In this document: positions 10,092-19,065 of the stretch, one piece after another
Layout of the letters: the number at the start of each line of letters is the position of its first letter
How positions within the stretch are numbered: position 1 is the first letter of the stretch
Assembly: GCA_964511375.1 (NCBI GenBank)
Contig: CAZEEW010000001.1
Location: 70,512 to 134,511, forward strand
DNA: 64,000 nt
Direction of reading: 5' to 3'
Source of the DNA: an uncultured Gammaproteobacteria bacterium
GTDB taxonomy: Bacteria; Patescibacteriota; Patescibacteriia; Magasanikbacterales; GWA2-37-8
Program-made: the position numbers and the translations under genes
Notes under the pieces: model-generated
Seen by the model: the letters and a program-made list of their open reading frames with translations, nothing else
The model's database searches: none
What the model was told of the DNA's origin: nothing

Positions 10092-10742
10092 ATGTTTAAT
10101 TTAAGCACGAAAGAGTTCAAGAAAGTCATAATTGCTCTAACAATATACCTCACTTCTCTTTTTGCAGCAAACACCCTTGGTTTGAAAGTAATGCCTTTTT
10201 TGTTTGGTACGCATTTATCTGTCGCCGTGTTTTACTTTCCTTTCGTTTTCTTAATGACTGACATAATTGGTGAGATTTATGGCAAGAAGATGGCAAGGTT
10301 ATTTGTTTTGGCCGGTTTTTTAAGTACAGCCATGTTTGTAATTTACTCGTTCTTGTCCTTGGCAATGCCTTGGTCGGCGGATGGACTTTGGGCCAAAGAA
10401 GGGTATAATTTAATGTTTGGTATTTCTATAAGGATGGCTATTGCCTCCCTTCTGGCCTTTGTCATAGCGGAATATCAGGATGTTTTTTCATTCTTCTTCT
10501 TTAAAGATAAGTGGGGGCAGAGGTTTTTTTGGCTAAGATCAATGCTAAGTAATCTCTGGTCTCAGCTTTTAGATACTGTAATATTTATGCTGGTGGCCTT
10601 TGCTGGCGTATATCCACCCAGGGTTTTGGTAAGCATAATAATTACGTGGTGGTTATATAAAGTAGCAATGGGCGCCCTGTATTCTCCCTTGTTGTACATT
10701 GGTTTAATGTTGTTTCGGACAAAAGAGGCCGGAACCGATTAG
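10092..10742 (+). CDS. yhhQ: Queuosine-precursor transporter, YhhQ/VUT (DUF165) family
   Basis: 216-aa polytopic membrane protein. The segment FYFPFVFLMTDIIGEIYGKK and overall topology are typical of YhhQ. Confidence 0.75.
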   Translation: MFNLSTKEFKKVIIALTIYLTSLFAANTLGLKVMPFLFGTHLSVAVFYFPFVFLMTDIIGEIYGKKMARLFVLAGFLSTAMFVIYSFLSLAMPWSADGLWAKEGYNLMFGISIRMAIASLLAFVIAEYQDVFSFFFFKDKWGQRFFWLRSMLSNLWSQLLDTVIFMLVAFAGVYPPRVLVSIIITWWLYKVAMGALYSPLLYIGLMLFRTKEAGTD

Positions 10743-10764
10743 ATGTTTCACCTGAAACAATAAA

Positions 10765-10790
10765 TACCCCAGATCTGGGGGTATTCTTGT
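10765..10790 (+). terminator. Hairpin terminator after the yhhQ-like gene
   Basis: Palindrome CCCCAGA|TCTGGGG followed by a T-rich tail (tattcttgt). Confidence 0.55.
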
Positions 10791-10827
10791 GGATAAGTGT
10801 GTGTATAAGGCAGCCTAACTGTGGATG

Positions 10828-10851
10828 TTTGTATAGACTAGTGTATACAAA
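10828..10851. repeat. Second copy of the TTTGTATAGACTAGT(G)TATACAAA palindrome
   Basis: Matches the core of 10044..10073 at 23 of 24 positions. Lies in the convergent gap between the yhhQ-like and TrmB-like genes. Confidence 0.85.
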
Positions 10852-10938
10852 TGATCAATTTTCAGACCCAGAACCTTCCGGTTCTAACCTTTCGGAAGGT
10901 GGTTTAGTCGTATACAGATAGTGTTCAACGTGAAACAA

Positions 10939-11676
10939 CTACAGTGTTTTCCACAATACACTATGGATTAGCTTAAACGATCTAGACAGAAGCTGACTAG
11001 TAATCACTGTGGCAAATACCGGCTCTTCTAAGGTAATAAGCGCTACATTGTCCCCCCAGATCAGTATGTCAGTAGGTTGATCGTTCCCATCGCTATCTGA
11101 ATCTGGTAGAAACTTCGCATCGTATAGACTGCCCAATTGTTGCTTGTTTTCTGAATAATTTGTTTCACGTGAAATAGGGGTCAGTATGTCCCTAATAACA
11201 ACATGATTCTTCTTAAACTGACTAATCAGATAATCATATGTATCCGGCATTACCTCAGACAACCGGTGCGTAGATCCAATTGCCCAAAAGCCTTCGGCTT
11301 TAGCGCATTCGTAGTAAATATTTTTTACTTCCTCAACTCCATTGTAGAACCTAATCTTTGGCTTATTTTTGTTTGCGCCAAATAAAACTCGTAGTTCTGG
11401 CACTATCTCATTTAATGAGGCTCTTCGTTTGTCGAGAGAAAGAAGTAGTGAGTTAGGGTCATTAGCATAGTAAATCCACCTACCTCCGGTGCGCTGTTTT
11501 CTAATTAGACCACTGGCCCACAAACTCTTTAGCACGTTGTATGAATTGGTTCTTGTAATCTTGGTGCCTAAGGCCACCTCGGGTGGAGTGGCTTGACCAT
11601 GTTCCACGAGAAACAAATACACCTTAATTTCTGATTTACTCAGTCCGAATTGTAATAAATTAGCCTCGAGATTCAT
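10939..11676 (-). CDS. TrmB-family transcriptional regulator
   Basis: N-terminal winged HTH (LSKSEIKVYLFLVEHGQATPPEVALGTKITRTNSYNVLKSLWASGLI) plus a TrmB-like C-terminal domain. Confidence 0.7.
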   Translation of the reverse strand: MNLEANLLQFGLSKSEIKVYLFLVEHGQATPPEVALGTKITRTNSYNVLKSLWASGLIRKQRTGGRWIYYANDPNSLLLSLDKRRASLNEIVPELRVLFGANKNKPKIRFYNGVEEVKNIYYECAKAEGFWAIGSTHRLSEVMPDTYDYLISQFKKNHVVIRDILTPISRETNYSENKQQLGSLYDAKFLPDSDSDGNDQPTDILIWGDNVALITLEEPVFATVITSQLLSRSFKLIHSVLWKTL

Positions 11677-11762
11677 ATAATATTGTCAAAAAAAATTATA
11701 CCATTTTTATAACTATATGTAAAGAAAAATATGAAAAATATATAAAAATGATATAAATATAA

Positions 11763-11935
11763 TTGACAATAATCACATCTTCCACCAGAATACATAGTTC
11801 TGTGTGGGTTATCCAGACAGCACAAAGAGAGAGCAAGGTAGAGAAACAAATCGGCATACTCGATCGATCATTAAGATCGAGAAGTGCGGAAAGATAGATA
11901 AAACCCAGTGCTTAAATGCGCTGGTTTTTTGTTTT
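11763..11935 (+). ncRNA. Candidate small transcription unit (sRNA or leader), function unknown
   Basis: TTGACA-N17-CAGAAT promoter-like element, internal hairpin CTCGATC-N9-GATCGAG, and terminator CCAGTGC-ttaaat-GCGCTGG followed by TTTTTTGTTTTT. No convincing ORF. Confidence 0.3.
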
Positions 11936-11985
11936 TAAAAAGTAAAAAATATGGTATAATGTTCAGGAAGAAACAACCAATCTAT

Positions 11986-14274
11986 ATGCACAATGACAAG
12001 ATAAAAAAAGTTATCAATTTTCTTTCGTTCTCATTGCTTTCTCTGGCTGTATTAGTAATGCCTTTTGTCGTGGATACCAGAGTGTTTAACGCTTTTAATA
12101 TTCCTAAACAAAATTTCTTTTTAGGAATGGTCTTGCTTTTGACTTTGTTGTTTCTCGTTAAATTTGCTCTAACCAAGACCATTTCTCTCCGGTTAACATT
12201 TTTAGATAAGATACTAGGAGTGTATGTTGTTCTTCTGTTGTTATCTGGAGCCTTTTCGGTCCAAAGACTAGATAGTTTTTGGGGCAGAAATGAGTATTTC
12301 ATTACCAACATCATTTTTCTGATCGGTTTGCTGTTGTATTACTATCTGTTTGTCAACACTGTTACAACCACAAAAAAATGGCATTTAATTTACGATGCAG
12401 TGGTCGTTTCTGGTGCCTTGGTCCAAATCCCTTATCTTTTTAAGGTCATATTTAAATGGTCTTTCTTACCCTTTCTAACTGAGGGAATGTGGAATTTGGT
12501 AGCAGAAAGTAATGCCGGGTTCGGTATTTTTGTAACTATAATCTTGGTTTTATCTTTAGGACAGTTGATCAAAAAGAAAACATCATACAATCGTAATCTT
12601 TTTTACATCATCGCTACTGTCTTAAGTTTGGCTACCTTGTCTACTATTAGCTTCTCGTTAATTTGGTGGTTGGTAGTAGCTGCAGTTGGATTGCTACTTT
12701 TACTCGGAATTAATTTTTTACAAGAAGCGAGGTTGGTAACCTTGACTGGCATGTTTCTGATTTTAGTTGCCGGCATCGCCACTTTAATTTTTGGTTCACC
12801 AAAGTTTCTGAAAGCCCCGTTGCCCCAAGAAGCGTTTTTAAGTCCGAGTGCCTCTTGGCAGGTGGCAGAAAACACAATGTTTAAGAATGTTAAAAACTTT
12901 GTGTTTGGTAGTGGACCAGGTACGTTTAGTGTGGATTTCTCTGAATTCCGTGAAGCAGGGTTTAATAACGATGCTCTGGCCTGGTCAGCTCGTTTCAGTA
13001 ATCCATTTAATACCATCTTTGCTTTTGTTGCCGAGAACGGTTTGGCTTTTTCCGCGCTATTTATAATTTTGACTCTTGTAATTTTAGGGTATGTTTCCGT
13101 TTACTGGATAAAGTTGCGAGGTGGGGCGTGGCATCAGAGCTTCGGAGAAGTGGTCGGCTACCGCACGGATTTACGGCTTGAACTTTTAGTTTCATCAATC
13201 GCCTGGGTTATGTTAACCACCACACTTTTCCTACATTTTTTCAAACCAGTTCTTTGGTTCTTGTGGTGGACACTTACGGCCTTGATTATAACTGGTTTAA
13301 GCTTTTATCGTGAAAATATTGTCCGCGAGAAGAAATGGGAAATTGAAAATCGTCCTGAGCACAGCTTGTCGTTTTCTTTCGCGGTCATAATCGTTGTTGC
13401 CCTAATAATTGTGACAAGTGTTTTTGGTGCCCGAATGTATAAAGGAGAACTGGTATATGCCGCTGCTTTACGCGAATCTAAAGTCAGTGAAGCTATCCAG
13501 CAATTAAATACCGCCATTAGGTTACGCCCGAGCACTGACGTGTATTATGCAGCGTTGGCACAGGCTTATTTATCCGAAGCAGTGGAAAAAGCCAAAGAAA
13601 AAGAACCACATCGTGAGGAAGTAGCGGCATCCCTCGGAAGTGCGGTCAATTCGGCGCGCGTCGCTACTGATCTTTCTCCGAAAATGGTTGGACTTTGGGA
13701 AAATTTAGGAACCATGTATGAGAACGCTGCTGTTATGGTGCCTGAGGCCTATACTTGGAGTCTAAAAGCCTGGACCTCAGCCAAGGTTCTAGAACCGACT
13801 AATCCAGTAATTGCCTGGCGACTTGGTCGGATTAATCTCGCTCTCGGTAATAACGAAGAGGCAGCCAAAAATTTTCAAGAAGCCATCAATTTAAAAGCTG
13901 ACCTGCTTGGTGCTTATCTGGGTTTAGCAATCGCCGAAGAGCGGTTAGAAAAAACTTCTGAAGCTTTGAAGACCTATGAAACTCTCCTGACCCTGAACCC
14001 ACAAAATCCCGAGGCCCTGTTTAATTATGGTCGAGTACTGTATAACCGCAACGCCAAAGGAGATCGAAAGGCGGCTGAACAAGCTTGGCTTTTAGCGATC
14101 AAGTTACAACCTAATTATTCTAATGCACTGTACAGTCTTGCTAATTACTATGAAACAAAAGGAGACAAGTCAATGGCTTTGAAATATTATTATGAGGTGC
14201 GCGATTTGAACCCAGATAATAAAGATATTCTGAAAAAGATTAAGTCATTAGCTCCTGCGCCTGAAAAAAAATAG
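11986..14274 (+). CDS. Polytopic membrane protein, O-antigen-ligase-like, with C-terminal TPR repeats
   Basis: More than 10 predicted TM helices followed by TPR-like repeats. The start is set after the TGGTATAAT extended -10 at 11952-11960; alternative starts are 11959 and 11908. Confidence 0.7.
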   Translation: MHNDKIKKVINFLSFSLLSLAVLVMPFVVDTRVFNAFNIPKQNFFLGMVLLLTLLFLVKFALTKTISLRLTFLDKILGVYVVLLLLSGAFSVQRLDSFWGRNEYFITNIIFLIGLLLYYYLFVNTVTTTKKWHLIYDAVVVSGALVQIPYLFKVIFKWSFLPFLTEGMWNLVAESNAGFGIFVTIILVLSLGQLIKKKTSYNRNLFYIIATVLSLATLSTISFSLIWWLVVAAVGLLLLLGINFLQEARLVTLTGMFLILVAGIATLIFGSPKFLKAPLPQEAFLSPSASWQVAENTMFKNVKNFVFGSGPGTFSVDFSEFREAGFNNDALAWSARFSNPFNTIFAFVAENGLAFSALFIILTLVILGYVSVYWIKLRGGAWHQSFGEVVGYRTDLRLELLVSSIAWVMLTTTLFLHFFKPVLWFLWWTLTALIITGLSFYRENIVREKKWEIENRPEHSLSFSFAVIIVVALIIVTSVFGARMYKGELVYAAALRESKVSEAIQQLNTAIRLRPSTDVYYAALAQAYLSEAVEKAKEKEPHREEVAASLGSAVNSARVATDLSPKMVGLWENLGTMYENAAVMVPEAYTWSLKAWTSAKVLEPTNPVIAWRLGRINLALGNNEEAAKNFQEAINLKADLLGAYLGLAIAEERLEKTSEALKTYETLLTLNPQNPEALFNYGRVLYNRNAKGDRKAAEQAWLLAIKLQPNYSNALYSLANYYETKGDKSMALKYYYEVRDLNPDNKDILKKIKSLAPAPEKK

Positions 14275-14275
14275 T

Positions 14276-14926
14276 ATGGTTCTAAAGAAATTTTTATTAA
14301 TATTTTTCTTAAGCACAACAACTATTTTTTGTTTTCCGGCCATTGGCAACACCACAATGACCTCGACTAATTATACAATTGAGTCAGATGTGGTTGGTTT
14401 CGGCGGTGATATTTCTAGTAGTACTGGAGATACGTATTCATTGTATGATACCGCCGGAGACAATGCTCCAGGCACTTCGACCAGCACAACTTACACTATT
14501 AATGCTGGTTTTCGGGCGATGGATGGTGGAAGTTCTATTAGTCTCACCATTGGTAACTCCTCGCTTTCTTTTGGAACTCTTTCCGCCGCCTCTGTCTCTT
14601 CAGTTTCTACAGACGTCGATGTTACTGTTACTTCAGATACTGGCTATTCTTTATCTGTTAGTAGCCAATCGGGAAGCCTTTGGACGACATTAACTGGCTC
14701 AGTTGATGCTGGGAGTCAGGAGTTCGGTGTTTTGGTAAGTGGGACTGATCAGGCGTTTGCTGGTACTGCCGCATTAAGCAATGGTTTAGTATTAGCGAGT
14801 AACAACTCGGCTATTACGAGTGAAACACGCACTACTGCTTTAAGTTTCCAGGTAGCCATGTCTAGCGCGACCGCATCAGGGTCATACACTAAAAGCATAA
14901 CTTTAACCGCCTCGGCTAATCCATAA
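14276..14926 (+). CDS. Secreted Ser/Thr-rich beta-rich protein (weakly WxL-like)
   Basis: Signal peptide and Ser/Thr-rich composition. The C-terminus YTKSITLTASANP is reminiscent of WxL-domain ends (weak, recalled). Confidence 0.6.
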   Translation: MVLKKFLLIFFLSTTTIFCFPAIGNTTMTSTNYTIESDVVGFGGDISSSTGDTYSLYDTAGDNAPGTSTSTTYTINAGFRAMDGGSSISLTIGNSSLSFGTLSAASVSSVSTDVDVTVTSDTGYSLSVSSQSGSLWTTLTGSVDAGSQEFGVLVSGTDQAFAGTAALSNGLVLASNNSAITSETRTTALSFQVAMSSATASGSYTKSITLTASANP

Positions 14927-14928
14927 AT

Positions 14929-15795
14929 ATGAAAAGGATTGGGTTAATAATTTTATTTTGCCTTTTTTTCATACCAGCCAATACTCAGGCTGTCAGTGTG
15001 AGTCCGGTTAGAACTGTTATTACAGTTGACCCCGGAGAAAGTAATACAGTGTCGATAAAGGTGGCCAATAATACTGATGCTGAGAGGAATTATGAACTCC
15101 GCACCCTGTCTTTTTCCGAGAGCGAGCAAGGGCAAGTGATTTATGGGTATGGAGTTCAGGAAGCAGAAAAATGGCTTAAACCAAGACAAGAAAAAATTGT
15201 TTTAAAAGTCAACGAGAGTAAAACGATAGACTTTTTAGTTAAGATCCCGAGCGGTGTACCCGCCGGTTCGTACTATTTAGCTTTGGCCGCTAAAGAATTG
15301 GGAAAGGAATCAGGTAATTTAGGGGTGGGGGCAGAAGTAGCGAGTCTGCTGATCCTGCAGGTTGCCGGAGAGGTTAAAGAGGAGCTGGTTGTCAAAGAAA
15401 TTAATTCTGAACGATCTATATATTTTTCTAAGCCCTGGAAATTAGAATTAAGCTTAAAAAATTTAACCCCAGTAGAAGTACCAGTTAAGGGCCGTGTGTA
15501 TTTAAAAGATCCAATGGGTGAACTGGTTGCGGCTAAAGACCTGGCCCTCGGCCGAGATATTTTGGCTAGATCGGAGCGGAGAATTCAGACTGTACTTTGG
15601 GAAAATGCTAGTCTGGTTTTACCAGGCAAATACCGTGTTAGTATTATTATTGACTACGGAAAAACCAATGGACAAATCGCTCAAGAAGTATTTGTTTGGT
15701 ATTTTCCAATATGGTTTGTCGTTGCCGGGCCAATAGTTATAATTTTACTGGTTAGTCTTACAATTTTAAAAAAGCGAAATAAAAAGAATGCGTAA
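14929..15795 (+). CDS. Cell-surface protein, DUF916/CscA-like architecture
   Basis: Signal peptide, two Ig-like-looking segments, and a C-terminal TM helix with a basic tail (LTILKKRNKKNA). Confidence 0.65.
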   Translation: MKRIGLIILFCLFFIPANTQAVSVSPVRTVITVDPGESNTVSIKVANNTDAERNYELRTLSFSESEQGQVIYGYGVQEAEKWLKPRQEKIVLKVNESKTIDFLVKIPSGVPAGSYYLALAAKELGKESGNLGVGAEVASLLILQVAGEVKEELVVKEINSERSIYFSKPWKLELSLKNLTPVEVPVKGRVYLKDPMGELVAAKDLALGRDILARSERRIQTVLWENASLVLPGKYRVSIIIDYGKTNGQIAQEVFVWYFPIWFVVAGPIVIILLVSLTILKKRNKKNA

Positions 15796-18700
15796 GTTTT
15801 GGTTAAAACTGTTTTTAGTTTTTTTAGTTGGGAGTGGAATTCTCACCGGCCTTTTATTTTTCGCCAGTACTTCTTTAAGCCAAAGTAGTGGCATTACTTT
15901 AGATGCTACTGTTCCGTCAACCGGTGGAGGAGGTGACCCGCCCAATCCAGGCGATACCACCCCGCCGACCATCTCGAACGTTGGGTCGAGTAGTATTTCT
16001 CAAACGGGCGCTGTTGTTACTTGGACAGCGACGGATAATACTTTGTTGACTGGTTGTTCGTTTGCTTATGGAGAAAGCTATGGCAGTTCGGTGACGCCAT
16101 CTAATAACGGCAGTAATTTTACGGCGTCATTATCTGGTTTGGTAGCCAATACATTATATAATTTTCGAATCACTTGCACTGATTCAAGTAGTAACTCAGC
16201 TCAACAAACTGGTAGTTTCCAAACTTTGCCGCTCCAAGACACCACCCCGCCGGTTATTTCTAACATTCTCGCCACACCAAGCGTGCGCAGCAGTGTTATA
16301 ACCTGGGACACCAACGAGGCGGCAGATAACCAGGTAGATTTTGGGCTAACCACTAGCTATGGGCAGAGCGTTAATGACGTTAATCTTCTTTTAAGCCATA
16401 GTCTAACTTTAAACGGACTCCTACCTGGTACATTGTATAATTACCGAGTGATTAGTGCTGACGCTAGTGGTAATCGGGCTACATCAGTGAACCAAACCTT
16501 CACTACTTTGAATGATACCGTCCCACCAGCTGAGGCGAGTAATTATACTTTAACCACGACCACCAACTCGATTGTATTAAATTGGACTAATCCTGTAGAT
16601 ACGGATTTTTCAAAAGTCATTTTAGTCCGGAAGATCGGCAGTCGCTCGAATACACCAACCGACGGCACAGTAATTTACGAGGGAGCGAATAGTACGAAAA
16701 CCGATACCAATATTCAAGTAAATGTAACTTATTTTTATACACTTTTCTCTTTTGACACCTCTAATAATCGTAGCAATGGTATTTTCTTGTCAGGCAAAAT
16801 TAACCCTCCGCAGAATGTTGAAGTGTGTACTAATGGCGTTGATGACGATGGTGACAACAAGATTGACTGTGCTGATTCAGATTGTTCACTTGCCGAGAAC
16901 TGTGTGCATCGGGATGAGATTTGTAATAACGGTGTAGATGATGATCGAGACACAAAAATTGATTGCGCTGACAGTGATTGCGCGAATAACATTGCCTGTC
17001 GTGTCCCTACTCCGGAAATATGTAATAACAGTGTAGACGACGATGAAGATGGAAAAGTCGATTGTGCAGATAATGATTGTTCTCAGTCTAGTTATTGCCA
17101 ACCAGCTGCAACAGAGATTTGTAATAATGGGCAAGACGACGACAATGACGGAATGATAGATTGTGCCGATAGTAATTGCAGCGCTTTTCCAGGTTGCGCT
17201 GAATCCCCGGGCGGAAGCAGTGCATGTAATAATGGAAGAGATGATGATGGGGATGCTAAAGTGGATTACCCGAATGATCCTGGCTGCACTTCAATAGATG
17301 ATAATGATGAATATAACCCGCCAGACGAAAATGTGCCATCGTCTTTAAGACTCGAGCTGTCTTCGTTGGAATTTTTTGCCGGTTTAAGAAATATTAGTAT
17401 ACCCTGGCGCAACAAAAGTATAGCTAGCCTTGCCAACTCCCGTGCTTACTTGCGTATTAACACTAATGCCTTCACAACTCGGCCAGAAAAAGTAACTTTT
17501 TATACGGCTTCGAATAAGTATGAATTGGCCCTAAGTAATAATTATTACTTGGTTGATTTTACTTTCCCCAAAGCCGGTGTCCATGACTCCTATTTAGAGT
17601 TAAATTACGGTGCTGGCCAAAACGATTCATTATCTTTTGTTTTAAACAGTTTGCCTGCTGGTCTTGTAACCGGTGATGAGAACAAACCTTTAGCTGGCGC
17701 ACGAGTTACAATAAGTCCGCGCGGTAGTGGAAGTTCATCAGCCGAAAATTATGGCCAAAACAGTCAATTAGTAACCGACGTCAATGGTCTTTATGGTTGG
17801 GTCATGCCGGTTGGTTTTTATGAACTAAAAATTACTAAAGAAGGATATTACGAAGAAACTAAAGTACTAAAAGTAGATAATAACATTGTTAATGAAAACA
17901 TTTCCTTAGTGTTGAAACCAAAAAAACTGGAAGATGTAATCGACCCCAAAGCTGGTTTAACTGAAAACATTTCAAACGTCGCAAAAAATATTGGTCAAAA
18001 AAGTAGTGCTACTCTTAAGAGAGGTATTAAATCGGCGGAAAATGTCGTTAAAGACATTGATCGAGCAAAAGAAAATCCGGAAGTGCAGAAGGTGACTAGA
18101 GAAGTGGTTGCTCCTGGTACGACGGCTGTAGTAGCAGTTGGTGCCGTACCGTTAATTTCTTGGGGAAGCATTTGGCCGTTGCTTCGCTTTATCTTTTTGC
18201 AGCCAACCCTTCTTTTGGGAAGAAAAAAACGTCAAGCTTGGGGCGTAGTTTACAATGCGTTAAACAAATTACCACTTGATCTGGTTATCGTGCGTCTTTT
18301 AGACGCACAAACTAAAAAAGTTTTGCAAACCAAAGTTACGGATAAACAAGGTCGCTTTATTTTTTGGGCTGAGCCAGGCGAATATCTGATTGAAGCGCAG
18401 AAAGGGTCGATGAAGTTTCCTTCCGCCCTTCTTAGTGGTTATGAACAAGATGGCCGGAAAGGAGATATTTACCATGGTGAGAAAATTGTGGTATCTCAAG
18501 AAGAGGCTAATATATCACCAAATATACCGCTTGATCCGGGCGGAGTGTTAAAAACCCCAACTCGTTTAAGGTGGGAAAAATTTGGTCGCGCCGTGCAAAA
18601 TATTTTGGCCTGGTTAGGTTTAATTGTAACAGCCGCATCACTATATATCACACTGGTGTGGTATATGTGGTTCCTCCTTGTTGTGCATGTGGTATTGTTC

Positions 18701-19036
18701 CTGCTCTTTAAACGTTTGGCAGTACCACCAAAACCAAGAAATTGGGGCATGGTTGCTGACGCCGACACCAAGTCACCGCTTCGGCAGGTAGTGGCGAGGC
18801 TCTTTAGCGCTCAATTTAACAAATTAGTAGCGACTGAAGTTACTGATCGTAGAGGTCGTTACAATTTCCTGGTCGGTGATGGGGAATATTATGTTACCTA
18901 TGATAAAGCTGAATACTTGCCACACAAAACTAATGTGATAGATACAAGCAGGGAAGAAGAAAAGATATTAGCTAAAAATATTGTTTTGAAAAAGAAAGAA
19001 AATACATTATCCACAATAGAAAAAACCAGCGAATAG
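15788..19036 (+). CDS. Giant surface protein: three FN3-like domains, Cys/Asp repeats, CarboxypepD_reg-like domains and TM segments
   Basis: 1082 aa with an N-terminal signal or anchor. FN3-like units begin TTPP(T/V)ISN. There are 5-6 CNNGxDDDxDxxxDCADxDC repeats and three beta-sandwich segments ending in EGYYE- or PGEY-type motifs. Confidence 0.8.
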   Translation: MRKFWLKLFLVFLVGSGILTGLLFFASTSLSQSSGITLDATVPSTGGGGDPPNPGDTTPPTISNVGSSSISQTGAVVTWTATDNTLLTGCSFAYGESYGSSVTPSNNGSNFTASLSGLVANTLYNFRITCTDSSSNSAQQTGSFQTLPLQDTTPPVISNILATPSVRSSVITWDTNEAADNQVDFGLTTSYGQSVNDVNLLLSHSLTLNGLLPGTLYNYRVISADASGNRATSVNQTFTTLNDTVPPAEASNYTLTTTTNSIVLNWTNPVDTDFSKVILVRKIGSRSNTPTDGTVIYEGANSTKTDTNIQVNVTYFYTLFSFDTSNNRSNGIFLSGKINPPQNVEVCTNGVDDDGDNKIDCADSDCSLAENCVHRDEICNNGVDDDRDTKIDCADSDCANNIACRVPTPEICNNSVDDDEDGKVDCADNDCSQSSYCQPAATEICNNGQDDDNDGMIDCADSNCSAFPGCAESPGGSSACNNGRDDDGDAKVDYPNDPGCTSIDDNDEYNPPDENVPSSLRLELSSLEFFAGLRNISIPWRNKSIASLANSRAYLRINTNAFTTRPEKVTFYTASNKYELALSNNYYLVDFTFPKAGVHDSYLELNYGAGQNDSLSFVLNSLPAGLVTGDENKPLAGARVTISPRGSGSSSAENYGQNSQLVTDVNGLYGWVMPVGFYELKITKEGYYEETKVLKVDNNIVNENISLVLKPKKLEDVIDPKAGLTENISNVAKNIGQKSSATLKRGIKSAENVVKDIDRAKENPEVQKVTREVVAPGTTAVVAVGAVPLISWGSIWPLLRFIFLQPTLLLGRKKRQAWGVVYNALNKLPLDLVIVRLLDAQTKKVLQTKVTDKQGRFIFWAEPGEYLIEAQKGSMKFPSALLSGYEQDGRKGDIYHGEKIVVSQEEANISPNIPLDPGGVLKTPTRLRWEKFGRAVQNILAWLGLIVTAASLYITLVWYMWFLLVVHVVLFLLFKRLAVPPKPRNWGMVADADTKSPLRQVVARLFSAQFNKLVATEVTDRRGRYNFLVGDGEYYVTYDKAEYLPHKTNVIDTSREEEKILAKNIVLKKKENTLSTIEKTSE
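16826..17310 (+). repeat. Coding tandem repeats CNNG(V/Q/R)DDDxDxK(I/V)DCAD(S/N)(D/N)C
   Basis: 5-6 units of about 31-33 aa are visible in the translation. Confidence 0.8.
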
Positions 19037-19065
19037 TAGTATAATAATATAGAATAGAAGAGATT

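Noticed and set aside
10788-11816. DnaA-box-like 9-mers suggesting a replication origin: TGTGGATAA at 10788-10796, TGTGGATGT at 10820-10828, TTATCCAGA at 11808-11816, and TTATCCACT near 43940.
   Set aside because: There is one perfect box and a few 1-2-mismatch boxes in 64 kb, which is about the chance expectation. There is no dnaA/dnaN gene, no box cluster and no obvious AT-rich unwinding element arrangement.
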